NCBI GenBank assembly: GCA_951406725.2
Contig: OX597831.1
Coordinates: 69,192,001 to 69,256,000, forward strand
Direction: 5' to 3'
DNA from: Octopus vulgaris
Taxonomy: Eukaryota
DNA: 64,000 bases
The position numbers and the translations under genes are program-made. The notes under the pieces were generated by a model, which saw only the letters and a list, made by a program, of their open reading frames with translations, did not search any database and was not told the origin of the DNA. Positions 24,593 to 37,727 of the stretch are shown one piece after another. Numbering within the stretch: position 1 is the stretch's first letter; each line of letters begins with the position of its first letter.

Positions 24593-25999
24593 TATTATTG
24601 AATTTCACATTCATCATTGTAGTATTTTTACGACAATTTCATAAATACTTGCAGAATTTTAATTTTCAGTTTCTTCAATTACTTCATTCTATTTTGAATA
24701 TTTACATAATGCCTTAAAATGATACAAGTGTCACCAAATGCAGAATATTCAGAGATAAATTTATATTTGTTTCTTTCAATATGTGACCCCCATGGGCTTA
24801 TCAAGATTTTAGTTATGCTTTTTTCAAACATCTGAAATTTAGAAGTAGTTGAACTTATTAAATGAATCCACAGTATTCATAAGCTTTGGATCATCTCATT
24901 AAACTTGTATGCATCTATGAGTCTCTTTTGATTTGCATAATCTGCATTTTGTCTTTCAATTTTTCTTTTATGAATTCCGCCCCCAGAGCTGACACACATA
25001 ATTACTGAGAATAACTTTGAATTCATTCAATTAAATGTTGATGTGAAAGAATCTGACTCTTTCATCAATTACTAATTTATTTGGTTATGAATTGATGAAT
25101 TATGTTCTCATTGTTAAGGTAAAGAATTACACCCAGGCCTCTGTCGTCATTACCTTGGTTATGAAGTGGAGACTCACAGCTATTAACCAGCTATGCCATT
25201 GATGTGTCACACTGTTTTTAATCTATGTAAAGCCTTAGCCACACATGAAGCTTCGAATCCAGAAGTTTTAATTCAACCAAATCACTAAACCTGCTGGCAT
25301 TAAACAGACTGATATCTTAAATTGTTTTCATCACATGTATGTAAGATGCAGGCAGTGCTACAGTTGTATCAGTGTAGCAATAATATCACACAATCCAGAG
25401 ATAAATGAAATATCTGCCAAATTAAAACTATAGAAAATATCATAAAATTTGGTAATTTAACCGATTTATCTCTTGGCTGGCTCTGCCACTGATTTCCTGT
25501 TTATAAACCCTCATGCTTTCCATATTCTGTATATTTAAAATTACCTTATTCTGTATATGAGAGCATAGATAAGTGGGTTGATGTGAGACAACTGAAATAT
25601 TACGGTAACTGAGGAATACATGGGAAGACTAATCGTTAATGTTTACATTTTTTTATTCATTAATATTTTAAGTGGTGTATGACAAATCTCCAGAAATTGT
25701 TCAGTGAATTACATAGAAGACTTATACAGTTAAACAGCAACAAGAACAAAATCAAAAGTGTTTCAACATAACATATTTGCTTTGTAAGAAATGGTGAGTG
25801 AGAGAATGTCTTAATTATGGAAAGTAATAACTAGGAAATGACAGGCAACAAGATAAACTCTCCTAAGTGATTAAAGCTTCCGAAGCAAAGACAAGCTTTG
25901 AAGAATTGCCAAAAATAACCTTTTCTATAATCTCTAATGGGTTCTAGAAAGCAGTTTGACTGGCTTAAAATTCCTACATAGGTGTTTGTATACTACTGT

Positions 26000-26304
26000 G
26001 ATCACCGTGACTGACCAGGCTATCAGATGTTGCTACACATCGCTGGTCACAATGCACTTCACATTGTTTTAGCCATCAAATGACGCCACCCCGCTGGCTA
26101 AGCGAGCAGGCCAACAGATGAAAGAGTGAGAGAAAGTTGTGGCAAAAGAGTACAGCAGGGATTGCCACCACCCACTACCGGAGCCTCATGGAGCTTTAGG
26201 TGTTTTCGCTCAATAAACACTCACAATACCTGGTCTGGGAATCGAAACCGCGATCCTACGACCGTGAGTCCGCTGCCCTAACAACTAGGCCATTGCGCCT
26301 CCAC
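26000..26304 (-). mobile_element. tRNA-derived SINE (family C-like head, different tail)
   Basis: 12-bp TSD GTATACTACTGT at 25988-25999 and 26305-26316. Confidence 0.85.
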
Positions 26305-26407
26305 GTATACTACTGTATTTTATGGAATCATGTGGCCCTTACTGAGGGATCAAGAATTAAGTATAGCATTTGACATTAAATACAGTTTCAATGCTATGAT
26401 GTATGTG

Positions 26408-26995
26408 TGTATAAAGACTTGCTGAAGGCTTCCTTAAGAGATGCTTGCATCTCTCCTGACACATGGGAAGACATAGCTATTGATCATAGCAGGTGGAGAA
26501 GGATTGTGCACGAGGGGACAGTTACTTTTTGAGAAATCTCCAGTTGCACATGAGAAAGTAAGGAGGGGTGTCAGGAAGGGCATCGCTGTTACACTTCCAG
26601 ATGGGAAGGGTCTTCCTATGATGCTGACATGCAGTGTCTGTGCAAGACCCTGCCTCAGTAAAGCTGGACTCAAGAGTCATCTTCGTAGTCATAAAGTGAG
26701 AAAGATGAGTGACAACCTGGCCACTGGTGGTGGTGTTAGACACCATAATAATCATATCTGTCGGGCATGTGGAAGAGAGTGTAATTCGGCAGGAGGACTT
26801 AAACAACATGTAAAGGTACACAAAGCCCAGTTACTACAGCCGGCTATTACCGGTAAAGGTTTTAGTTGCCAATTCTGTACAAGACATTGTAGATCTTTAG
26901 CTGGGCTAAAAGGTCACATTCGATCACAGCACCAATAACAGTTAAGCTTTGTGCAATGGCCATCCTCGATAATGAGGGGGCAGCTATCATCATTA
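26408..26995 (+). mobile_element. RTE LINE (family 2) 3' end encoding three C2H2 zinc fingers
   Basis: YKDLLKASLRDACISPDTWEDIAIDHSRWRRIVHEG (RTE C-terminus) frameshifts into CSVC..H..H, CRAC..H..H and CQFC..H...H. Followed by a short 3'UTR hairpin and an (ATC)n tail. Confidence 0.8.
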
Positions 26996-27828
26996 TGTAC
27001 CTGTGCAAAACCAAGAAAGACAAGCTAAAAGGGTGAGTAAGCTGAAGCAGCCAGAGTACGAGTTTATACAACAAACTAAATATCTGGCAGTTTGAACCCA
27101 CTTATGATTGCTATGCTACCATTGTCATGCTGCTTAGCATTGTACAAACGATATCTATAGAGTGTATAGTTAACTGACAACAGAGTACATGAAATTCACT
27201 TTCTCAAGGATGAAAGTCAAAAGCCAGACAGTCTGTAATCCTTCAATTGCCTGATATATGCTTTCACTTTCTCTTTAATTTATATTCTAGCCACCACCTC
27301 CCCAAATTATTTTCCAATAGATATGAAATATATTGCCATATGTAGAATTAATGAATTATTTTATTGCAAGATATACAGCATAATTATTGTAAATCCTAAT
27401 GTCACATCTACTTAGATTGCTTGCTAGCCAAATCTCTAATCTGTCCTTATGCTAAACATATTTCTTTGTTTCCCCTTTTCCCATTGTGGTGACTGTAAAC
27501 TCTTATTGTCTCAGATAAGCTCATTTGTTCCCACTATAAACTTGAACATAATTTTTTTTGTAAAATGATACATTTGTGTTTGTACTATGAAATATCATTG
27601 ACTGAAACAAAATTAACAAGCTAAAAACGAACCTATCTAAATATTTGTCATTATTTAGAATGTCACCCTTTATTGAAGCATGTAATTTGCTTTTACCTAA
27701 GCCAGGATTCTCATGCTTACAGGGGAAAGGAAATTGGAAGTTTTGATTACACAGTTATGGAAAGTAAAACAGTGTGACACAACTATTCACTGTTGCAACG
27801 CATAAAAAAAACAGCAACATCACCAGTT

Positions 27829-28245
27829 CTCTTTTTCTTTTACTCTCTTTTACTTGTTTCAGTCATTTGACTGCGGCCATGCTGGAGCACCGCCTTTAGT
27901 CCAGCAAATCGACCCCAGGACTTATTCTTTGTAAGCCTAGTACTTATTCTATCGGTTTCTTTTGCTGAACCGCTAAGTCATGGGGACGTAAACATACCAG
28001 CATCGGTTGTCAAGTGATATTGGGGGAACAAACACAGAAATACAAACATATACACACATACATATATATATATGTATACATATATATACGACAGGCTTCT
28101 TCCAGTTTCTGCCTACCAAATCCACTCACAAGGCTTTGGTTGGCCCGAGGCTATAGTAGAAGACACTTGCCCAACATGCCACGCAGTGGGAATGAACCCG
28201 AAACCACGTGGTTGGTAAGCAAGCTACTTACTACACAGCCACTCC
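27829..28245 (-). mobile_element. SINE family A
   Basis: Homologous to the other family A copies. Confidence 0.9.
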
Positions 28246-28926
28246 GAAACATTTTTATAATACATTAGTATAGAATGGTTTCAGTCTCTACAAATATATA
28301 AAGATATAGTTATGATAAGGATGGTAATGGTGACGGGTTTTGTAGTGGTGGTAATGGTAGTGATGGCGATAGATGTGGTGGTGGTAGTGTTGATGACAAC
28401 GATGAAGCTGGTGATTGCAGAGTTTATGAAGACTCTGTTGCTATTGTTTTTATTACCTTTGTTTAGTCTCAGGTCAACCCTGACCGAGTGAACCTGCAGC
28501 TAAAGGCATTTCAGCCATGATCGACACAGGAATTCAATGCTTTCCTACCTTTTCGAATTTGTTGGGGGACATCATGTGATGGAAACCTGCTTACTATTTC
28601 TTGCAGGTTGAGCAACCACATAGTGACCCCCTAAATGAAATAAGTATCAGTTATTTTTTTTTTGTTGGCAATGGTAACGATGGTTATCATCTTGATGGTG
28701 ATAATGATGATGATGCATATTAGTAATAGTAATGGCTATAATGGTAATAATACCTTGGGTAGTGCATGGGAAGGACACTAGCGATGGTAATGAGGCTGGT
28801 GGCAGTATTAGTTATAATGGTAATGATGTAGTGGTAGTAATGTTGGTGCTGTCAATGGCAACGATGAGGAAGATGATGATGATGGTAGTGATAGTGACCC
28901 TCTTAGTTATGCTAATAGTGGTTATA

Positions 28927-29819
28927 ATGGTGCCATTATTTGTAATAGTAAAATTGATTTTAGATGAAACATTCAATATTTATACTAGTTTACAGGAATG
29001 AAAATACTTCGACATAAAAATGCAAAAATGAATTTCTTAATTGTTTATTACCAATTTACACATTTAAATATTTTTTGTTCTTATAATGTGTTGAAATATT
29101 AAACTTGAAGTAATTGTCACTATGTAATTCTTTGAAAAATAACAATATTTATCTGATTGCGACAATTGATAACTTCCATTTCACAAGTAAATTGTTTTGG
29201 GCTCAATCTTATTGCCCAGTTTCCTGGGTAAATGTGTTCTGCTGTAATTTATATTGACAATTGACAAAAAGAATTTGGTTGTGAGAAACTAATGTCAAAG
29301 ACCAGCCTGTGTTTGTGGGTTTATTTTTACATAATTTAACTGTTGTTGTGTCCCTTTATGTTTCATAATATAAAGGTTCATTGATAGATAGATAAAATAA
29401 CAGCCAAACTGAATTAAGTGCTGCAGTTGATAATCCTTGGATTCATACTTCTAAAAAAAAAGGATTAACTGTAGACTTGGCAATTTTTAAGATGATTTCC
29501 TTTTTCTGTTACACTAGGATATAGAAACAGGTGGATAGGTTTATGCTGTTTGTACTCAGTTTGAAAAGTCAAAGGCTGTGATTGGAGATGGTGCCATTAT
29601 TTGTAATAGTAAAATTGATTTTAGATGAAACATTCAATATTTATACTAGTTTACAGGAATGAAAATACTTCGACATAAAAAAGCAAAAATGAATTTCTTA
29701 ATTGTTTATTACCAATTTACACATTTAAATATTTTTTGTTCTCATAATGTGTTGAAATATTAAATTTGAAGTAAATGTCACTATGTAATTCTTTGAAAAA
29801 TAACAATATTTATCTGATT
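28927..29819 (+). repeat. 232-bp direct duplication (28927-29158 / 29588-29819)
   Basis: Near-identical copies; four substitutions seen by eye. Confidence 0.9.
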
Positions 29820-29859
29820 ATTGAAATAGCAATAATTCCCGTAGGAAAGAAGGGTTAGA

Positions 29860-30720
29860 TAAGTGTGTTTGAGCAGGATCTAATTGAGGAGGCATAATAT
29901 TGATGACAAAAGGAAGAGGAAGTGAGACAGAAGAGTTAGGTGAATTTCAGTTGAGGAGTTGTACAAGTGGCATGTCCAACAGAAGAGAGAATTTTGAAGT
30001 CAGTGATAGGAAAGACAGAGATTTAGGCAGCTAAATGTTTGAAGAGTGAATGATTGAGTAAAATGAGAAAACTTGTGAGAGTCTGAATAAAAGATTGTCT
30101 ATCAAGAAAATGGCTATGCTTGGATGTTATTTAAGAAGTTGAGACTTATATCTGAAGTATAAACAATAGCACAGTATTAAATGGTAATTTTAAATATGGT
30201 TAACTGCTTTTGATGATTTAAGTATTTTCTGGGTTTAAAAAAGAATCTAACATTTGTAGCCTTAGACAACATTAAAAAAAATGTTTAGATTTACAAGGTT
30301 TAAGATGTGAAGAATATATGAGATGTAATCAAGTATTATAATTAATGAATACTGGGAATATAGTAACACAGCATTTCTTTTTAAAATGCACAGGATTTGT
30401 GTTTTGATAGGATTTTCATGACAGCATTACAGATGTTTTCAAGCCTTCTTAATCAAGGAGTTATGGTTTTATATTGATGAAATTTGTGTTCAGATGGAGA
30501 GGAAGAAGTGCTGTGTGTACTGAGTGGGCACATATGCAGTAAAAGATTACAACATTTAAGTAATGAATCTTGTGAAGAAAGAGGAAGCGATAACTGAGTT
30601 AATTTGCCCTGGAAATATTTCTGTAAATGAAAGGAAAATTATTAGGTAAGATTTAGTACTAGTTCCAATCAAGTTAGTTGTATTAAAGCTGGAAAATTTA
30701 AATGTTGGTTGGAGGCAGCT
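29860..30720 (-). mobile_element. Very old CR1/L2/Jockey-type LINE remnant
   Basis: Weak motifs FFFKPRKYL...QLTIFK...YC...LNNIQ resembling the post-RT region. Confidence 0.4.
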
Positions 30721-31096
30721 TGCTTTACATTCTTAATTAATCATAAAACTAATATATACCAATGAGACCTATATGCTGATTCAATTGCCTGTATACCTAT
30801 TTCTATAAAATTCTTGTTGATTTGAGCTTATTTGAACTGGGGATGAGGGAAACAGGTTTGTAGAAAGTGGCTTACCATCAAACAAAATTTCTTACAGTAT
30901 GTTGTAAGAAATTCTGTATGCTGAGTTCAAATTCCCCAAAAGCAAATAGTAAGCAACAAAATATAGTAGCTAGAAAGAATTTGGTATGTTTGACTAAATG
31001 CTACCAAACCCAAGCTGTTATATTTAATTTATCTGCATAATTGCTTGCCTGCCTGAGTGCATGCGTGTGTGCTTGCTTGCTTGCTTACATACATAC

Positions 31097-31704
31097 ATAA
31101 TAATGTTCGTCCTTCGGTTCGAAGATGACCAACTGACATCATCTGATGGAACTGCCGCCATGAGACCGGAGGTGGCTGGTGAGGCCAGTCCGGGCAAGGA
31201 AGCCCCTCCCACAGGTGGGGCAGAAGTGGGTAGGGGCAGTGCTACTGGTGCAGGCGGCTCTGACTTTACGCATCTGACGTTTCTGCTCCGCTGACCGAAT
31301 CCGTCCCTCCTCGGCTGTCCCTGCTCCCACGGTGATTGCGCTGCGCCAGGATGAGCGGTTGGCAGCAAGTGTCTCCCAGGTCTCTGTTCCGATGGAGAAG
31401 TCTTTGAGAGAGACCTTGAGACTATCCTTGTAGCGCTTTTTCTGCCCTCCGACTTTGCGCCTGCCCTGGCCGAGTTCACCGTAGAAGAGCTGTTTTGGGA
31501 TGCGAGTGTCGGACATGCGGGAGACGTGGCCCGCCCATTTCAGCTGGGCCTTGCGCATGATTGTGATGGTGCTAGGGAGATCTGCCTGCTTCAGAACTTC
31601 CGTGTCTGGGACTTTGTCCTGCCAGCGGATGTGAAGGAGATTCCGAAGACACCTGAGATGGAAGTGGTTTATCTGGCGCTCGTGCCTTCGGTAAGCAGTC
31701 CACG
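31097..31704 (-). mobile_element. RTE LINE (family 3) 3' fragment, GC-rich, uninterrupted frame with one C2H2 finger
   Basis: WTAYRRH...FHLRCLR...LKWAGHVSRM...PKQLFYGEL...KRYKDSLK...CPTCGRGFLARTGLTSHLRSH; 3' hairpin CTTCG-AAC-CGAAG and an (ATT) tail. Confidence 0.9.
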
Positions 31705-32729
31705 GGAAGGAACGTTTCACCGAAGTCGCGTCTCGCCTTCACCTTCAAAATGCGGAGTAGATGAAACCATGGCAACTGAAGAAGAGGAATTTTCCTTGTG
31801 TTATATGTCCTGTACTCTATTTTTTCGTTGTTTAAGAAAAATGTCCAGTTCCTTGGTTTTGCGTTTATGTTTTCGTTTCTCATTGTGTTTGAGGTTTTTT
31901 TGGTGTCCTGTACCCATATATGCATGTATATATACATGTAGATGTAGGTACGTACATATATGTATGTATATATGCATATGTTTTATTTATTAATTTGTAC
32001 ATACATACATACATGTTTATGAATTTGTGTTGTAAGATTCCTGATATAAAGTTGTGTGTTGAAACAGATATTATTATGTTTTGGGATGGTTATTATTTTT
32101 TTTGTTGCCAAATAAACACACGCCCCATGTTTCTTCTTCACTTGCTTATTACTATTCTTATTCTAACTCAAGTTCATTGTCAGGAAACCGTTCGTCACAC
32201 ACCTGTGACCTCCTCAGTGACACTTTCCATCTTCATGTATGCTCTTGCTCTGCTTTTTCCATTCTGTTCTTCTATGATGTGTATCCATATATAAGCATGT
32301 GCCTGTGTTGGTGTGTGTGTGTGTGTACATGTGCACGTGTGTCATTGTTCTTAGTAGCATTATGACCCTCCCATTAGCCTTGTCCCCTACCCTGTTACCA
32401 CTGCTGCTGACCTTGAACCCGACTTTTTGTACCATTCTTGTAACTCACTGTGTTTGTGTGTTCACCTATACTGCCGCCATTGTGGTAGTTGTTGTTGTTG
32501 CCATCTGTGTTGTTGATATTATGGTTTTCTGTGAAGTTACCGTATGTGTGTTTGTGTGTTTGTGTGTACATGGGTTTGCTTCCTATGTTGTTTGTATTTT
32601 TGTCCTTTATACAGTTCTTTTTTTTATTTCTTTATTTTCTTTTACTATTTATCATAGGTACAGGCATATATGTCTGTTGTATGTATAGTATACTGTTTTG
32701 TATATGGCTTTTTTCTCCCCTCAGTCTTC

Positions 32730-32995
32730 AGTCATCATGTTGTGTGGTGTGGTGGTGGGATTTATTGCTCCATTTGTGTTTTCTATTGAGGCTCAGTCTG
32801 TCTAATGCTATGTGTGTAGTCTCTGTGATCCATCTAAGTATCGTGTCAGTTCTATGCGTTGATAATACTTTGACTTCTATGCTATTGACGGAGCCTTTAT
32901 ATTTTGCTTGAGCATGTTGGCAGATCACTGATGAGCCTTTCTCTTCTTTGAGCTCTCACCTGTATTCACCTATATGCTCTCCTAATCTGCATGCT
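32730..32995 (-). mobile_element. Penelope-like GIY-YIG endonuclease C-terminal remnant
   Basis: RLGEHIGEY...SSVICQH...EVKVL...LRWITETTHI...SLNRK resembles the PLE R..EH...S...H...R...E..I...LN pattern. Confidence 0.55.
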
Positions 32996-33121
32996 GTATA
33001 GACATATATGCACATACTTATGATAAATATTTAACAAAAAAAAAATTAGAGACAAAATAAAAAACTGCTTAAAGGACATGGATACAAACAACATAGGAAG
33101 TGAGCCCATATACTCACACAA

Positions 33122-33887
33122 TAGTCCGCCACATCATAGTCCTCCAGGTGATAACAAAAGAATTTAAGACAGGCTGCTCCTGAGAACTCTTCTATACAGA
33201 TGACCTTGCTCTAATAGCTGAATCACTACCAGAATCATCTAGACTAACTCTCTCCCAAAGGTATGCGAGCATAGTCTAGAATTGAAGGACCTTAGAGTTA
33301 ACTAAGCAAAAAGCAAAGTCTTAGCAAGTAGGAAGGCAGACAAATCATAAATCCCTTCAGGTAGATGACTCTGCTTGATCTGTAGAAAAGGCGTAGGTAG
33401 AAAATTCATAAGATGCACCTGGTGTAAGCTATGGACACATAAAAGGTGCAACTATATCAGAGGAAGGTTAACAGGGAAAAGAGCTTTTGTACTTGGAAGA
33501 TGCACAGGTACAATAAACACCAAAAGTATACAGAAAATTAACTCCATCAACTGCCAGGGGTATAAGCTAGAGGTCGTAAATAGCTTCCATTATCTAGGTG
33601 ACCAAGTTAATAGTGGAGTGGATTCTTTGAGAACATAGCTGTAAGAATAAGGTTAGTCTGGGCAAAGTTCATAGAGCTCCTACCTCAGCTGGCAACAAAG
33701 AGCCTCTCCCTCAAAGAGAAAGGCAGATGATGCCTGTGTGTGAACAGCTATGTTACGCAGTAGTGAAATATGGGCTGTGACAGCTGAGGACATGCATAGG
33801 TTTGAAAGAAATGAAACCGGTATGCTTTGCTGAATGTGCAATGTCAGTGTGCATGTTTGACAGGGTATAAGCATCTTGAGAGAAAAG
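33122..33887 (+). mobile_element. RTE family 1 ORF fragment (RT ELFYTDDLAL through Cys-rich insert)
   Basis: Homologous to 5125-5937 and 42933-43535; contains stops and frameshifts. Confidence 0.8.
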
Positions 33888-35600
33888 TGAGTGTCTGTAT
33901 ATGTATCTGTGCATATTTGTATGTATGCATGTGCATTTGTGTTTGTCCACACCAACACTTGACAGCTGGGGTTCATTTATTTATATCCCAATGGCAATAA
34001 TTTAGCAAAAGAAAGCAATAGAATAAGTACCAGGTTTTAAAGAAATAAGCCCTGTGGGTCAATTGTTTGACTAAACCCATCAAAGCAGTGCTCCAGCATG
34101 GCTGCACTCCAGTGACTGAAACAACTTAAAGAGATAAAAGACAGAAAATAATTGTTTGTGTAAAACATATAAATTCACGTTTATCATTATTATTATTGAA
34201 AGGTGCCAAATTGGCAGAAACCTTTGATCAGTGGAAAAATGCCTTGTTCTTCCAACTCACTAGATTCTCAAGGTCACCTTTGCCTTCCATCTCTTCAGGG
34301 AGCAATATAATAAAATACCAGTTAAGTACTGGGTGATCAATTTAATTGACTAACAACCTCCCCGTAAATGTGCTGGCCTTGTGCCTAAACCAGAATAATT
34401 AGTAATTACTGTCATTGACTTTCGTGTTTATTTTTATCATTAACACTGCTGTTGCTCAGGTTTGATAAAAATGTCTTTGTTTTAGCTGTGATGATTGCTG
34501 CTCTTGTTATTGTTGTAGCATTTTTGAAGGAAATGCAATAATTACTAACAGCTAAAATCATGACAGCAAACTCTAAAAAGAGCATCCTAAACAAAAATAG
34601 ACAACTATATGTGTGTGTGTGTGTGTAAATAAGCAATATCTATATATACATAGATACACATATGCTTGAACTAAAAAAAGAAATCAATTATGAAGAGCTT
34701 ATATATTCAAGTGCTATTTCAGACATTTAATGTAGATTCCTAAACCTGACTAAATCTAAAAGCAAAACTTTGAAATTAAAATAGTAAACAAAACTGCAAA
34801 AGAAGAGGGAAATAAACTATAGATAGAATAATGGCAAAGGAAGTGGGGAAAATAAGCCAAAATATCAAAGAAAACAACCTGGAGCATGGTAATATCGAAG
34901 ACCTTTCTTGCATGCTGCCAAATTCAATTAGGAATTTGTTACTTTAAGACAAATTGCCAGCAATATTTTACAACGAAACTAGTATTCTGTATCAATTTTC
35001 ATCATTAATTGACTGTTATGGAATTGTGTACAGTGAAGTGCGTAAGCTCACACAAACAGTCACATGCACATAATATATAACACACACATGCATATATATA
35101 TTCGTACATGCATACACATAAACATAAGTGTCTATAAATCTGTGAGAGAGAGAAAAGAAAGGGAAAAGTCAAAATGTTCGGCTTTGACCTATCGCTTCTC
35201 CAGTTTTCTTTGCTTTACCTCTACCTATTATTGTTACATCCCCATGCTAACTCTTAACATTTTCTCATGCAGCAGGAATTCTCCATTTACATTATATACT
35301 ACTAAGAGCATTTTTCCTTCTCTATACATTATGCTATACCTTTGATATTGAATTACTTTCTCAGCCTACTTGAGCTCGAGTTTTCTCATAAAATAATATT
35401 ACACAGTTAGAATATCATATACGATTTATTCTCTTCAAATACTGAAAATCTCTTGCATCCACTGATCATGCTTCATCTCTGCTAAGTATCATAACTTCCT
35501 TCTTCAAATACATAACATAAAACAAAAGCTCTTTTAACACTGTGTGATATAGTTTCTGTTGACAGACACACACATATATATAGAACTTGTTATATGTATA

Positions 35601-35994
35601 CTAGCAGTATCGCCCGGCGTTGCTTGGGTTTGTAAGGGAAATAACTATAAAGCATTTTTAGAGTTATAACCAAAAAATAGCAAAAAAATGCATTAAAAAT
35701 GGAAAAAAAATTATGGTAAATTTTTTAAAAATCGTTGACTCATCGTAGACATTTTTAGAGAGTTACTTCCCTTATATAATAGCGAAAAAATGCATTAAAA
35801 TGGAAAAAAATGATGGTAAATTATTTTTAAAATCGTAGACTCATCGTAGATGCGCACTAATACCCAGAAGGGCTCGATATGAATCACGACTATAAGATAC
35901 CCGGTTTTGGTTAAACTGCACCGCAAAATGTGGGAGTAGTTAGGAATCTAAATCGTAGGAGATAGACACACAACCTTACTTTTATATATAAAGA
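35601..35994 (-). mobile_element. Non-autonomous Helitron (family D)
   Basis: On the minus strand A|TC...hairpin...CTAG|T; contains an internal tandem repeat. Confidence 0.85.
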
Positions 35995-36236
35995 TATCTA
36001 TGCTAAGGCTAAAAATTATTACACTTATCAGCATTATTAAGCATTATCAAACACAGCATGGTTGCAAACTTTGGTTGGACTTAGTACAGCTTTAACAGTG
36101 TTGACTCTAATGCAAGTATTTTATTCAGATTTTGGTTTGTAGACTACACAATCTCTCAAAGTATTTTGTACATCTACTAATTATTGACTGGTGTAAAGGT
36201 ATCCTTCTCATATTGTAGATACATGGCTAATAGGAA

Positions 36237-36469
36237 GGCGGCGAGCTGGCAGAAACGTTAGCACGCTGGGCGAAATGTGTAGCCGTATTTCGTCTGCCGC
36301 TACGTTCTGAGTTCAAATTCCGCTGAGGTCGACTTTGCCTTTCATCATTTCGGGGTTGATTAAATAAGTACCAGTTACACACTGGGGTCGATATAATCGA
36401 CTTAATCCGTTTGTCTGTCCTTGTTTGTCCTCTCTGTGTTTAGCCCCTTGTGGGTAGTAGAGAAATAGG
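36237..36469 (+). mobile_element. tRNA-derived SINE family B
   Basis: GGCGGCGAGCTGGCAGAAACG head and GTCGACTTTGCCTTTCATC core; other copies at 45930, 58686 and 61169. Confidence 0.9.
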
Positions 36470-36914
36470 TATGGCTATTTGATTAAGAAATTTGATTCCA
36501 ATCCACTTGGTCCAAAATTTGGTTCCACTGTGTGGGTGCTGTCAATTGTTCTTACTATAGGTGTGAATTGACCAGTAGTTTGTGAATAGATGGAAACTGG
36601 AAGATGAGTATGTGTATTTCCCATCCTACCTGCATATCACAACCTTCCATTCTATACACCTGTTTTATTCTGTGTTCATTAATTGATTGTAGGTTGGGTG
36701 GCAGCTACTGTTGAATTTGTTTTTTGGAGCCTGCTTTGTATTTTTAATTATTACTAAGTTTATAGGAGAATTGCATTAAATTGTCTCATCATCTAATCTG
36801 TTATATGTATTGAAATTGTTTATTTGCTTGAGAAAGCTGTGTATGTGTGAAATTCTGGCCAATGAATTTATCTGTTACCTCTATCAAGTAGTTTATTTGG
36901 TCGTGGAGGATGCA

Positions 36915-36946
<32 letters not shown>

Positions 36947-37567
36947 GCTTTGATAATATGCATCTGTGTGAGTGTGTTTGTATGTGTGTTTGAATTTTCC
37001 TTTAATTGAGGTCAAAGGATATATACGTAATATGTTATTTAATGGGATTTAATATATCGATTATTTATGCTTTGAGTGATCTTTTTTTTTTTATATATTG
37101 CTGTGCAAGTGTTTGTATCTATGTATATTTACATTTTGTCAAGGCCTCTTTTTATGTGTGTTTGTGTTTTGAGTGTCGTGCTTTGTGTCGGATGTGATGG
37201 CTAAATTCATGTGGATAGAAAGATGTTTTATAAACACATTCTACCAGTATACGAAGTTTAAAATTTTTTAGTTACCTAGAAATTGTTAAAAACTCCTGTT
37301 CAAACCGAAAAGATCCAAAATTTTAATAAAATAAAGTCAAAGGTAGACCTTACAGTATGTCCGAGGTCAAATTAGTCATACATCAGGAGTATGGAAGTAA
37401 TTGGTGAAGCTGTTTTCGCATTAAAAGTGAATACGCATACATCTCTATTTCATATATCAGATGATGTAGCTTTTAAGAAAGCAGTGTAATAAATTCATCT
37501 AAATTTTCTCTTGTTTAATAATTCTGTTTATGTATTTATGTTACTTCTTGAAAGTTTTTCTTTTCAG

Positions 37568-37727
37568 ATACCATTCATTATAAAAATTTCTAAATATAGG
37601 CATTGAAACTTATTTCTTTATCAACAGCTGCTTTTTTAAAAAGAGAATTAATTATTTAATGAGTGGTGAATATGAAGTGAAAGTTGGTTCCCATGAAAGG
37701 GAAGCAGGAGACGAGTTGAGAAGTCAG
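37568..37727 (+). CDS. Candidate host exon: 5'UTR plus MSGEYEVKVGSHEREAGDELRSQ (ATG at 37659)
   Basis: Strong acceptor TTTTTCTTTTCAG, purine-rich 23 codons and a weak donor CAG|GTTTAT. No homology recognised. Confidence 0.3.

Larger units (their letters stand above)
21050..25300 (-). mobile_element. Highly decayed Ty3/Gypsy pol (and probable gag) with nested insertions
   Basis: RT: GDFR...LNGAYHQLEM...INT...SALFQ...IIIYQD (23161-23484). Connection/RNase H: FLGLVNFY, VPFSW...QKAF...KIYD...ITLRTKASE (22730-22970). Integrase: HCG...W (~21850-21900), VPEILISDN...ESNAITKRMV (21150-21390). Domain order is RT-RH-IN. LTRs not found; the upper boundary is approximate. Confidence 0.75.

Noticed and set aside
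26480-26938. Host C2H2 zinc-finger gene
   Set aside because: Preceded by an out-of-frame RTE motif, followed by a LINE tail, and lacking TGEKP linkers.
28927-29819. TRIM or LTR pair
   Set aside because: No TG...CA ends, PBS, PPT or TSD.
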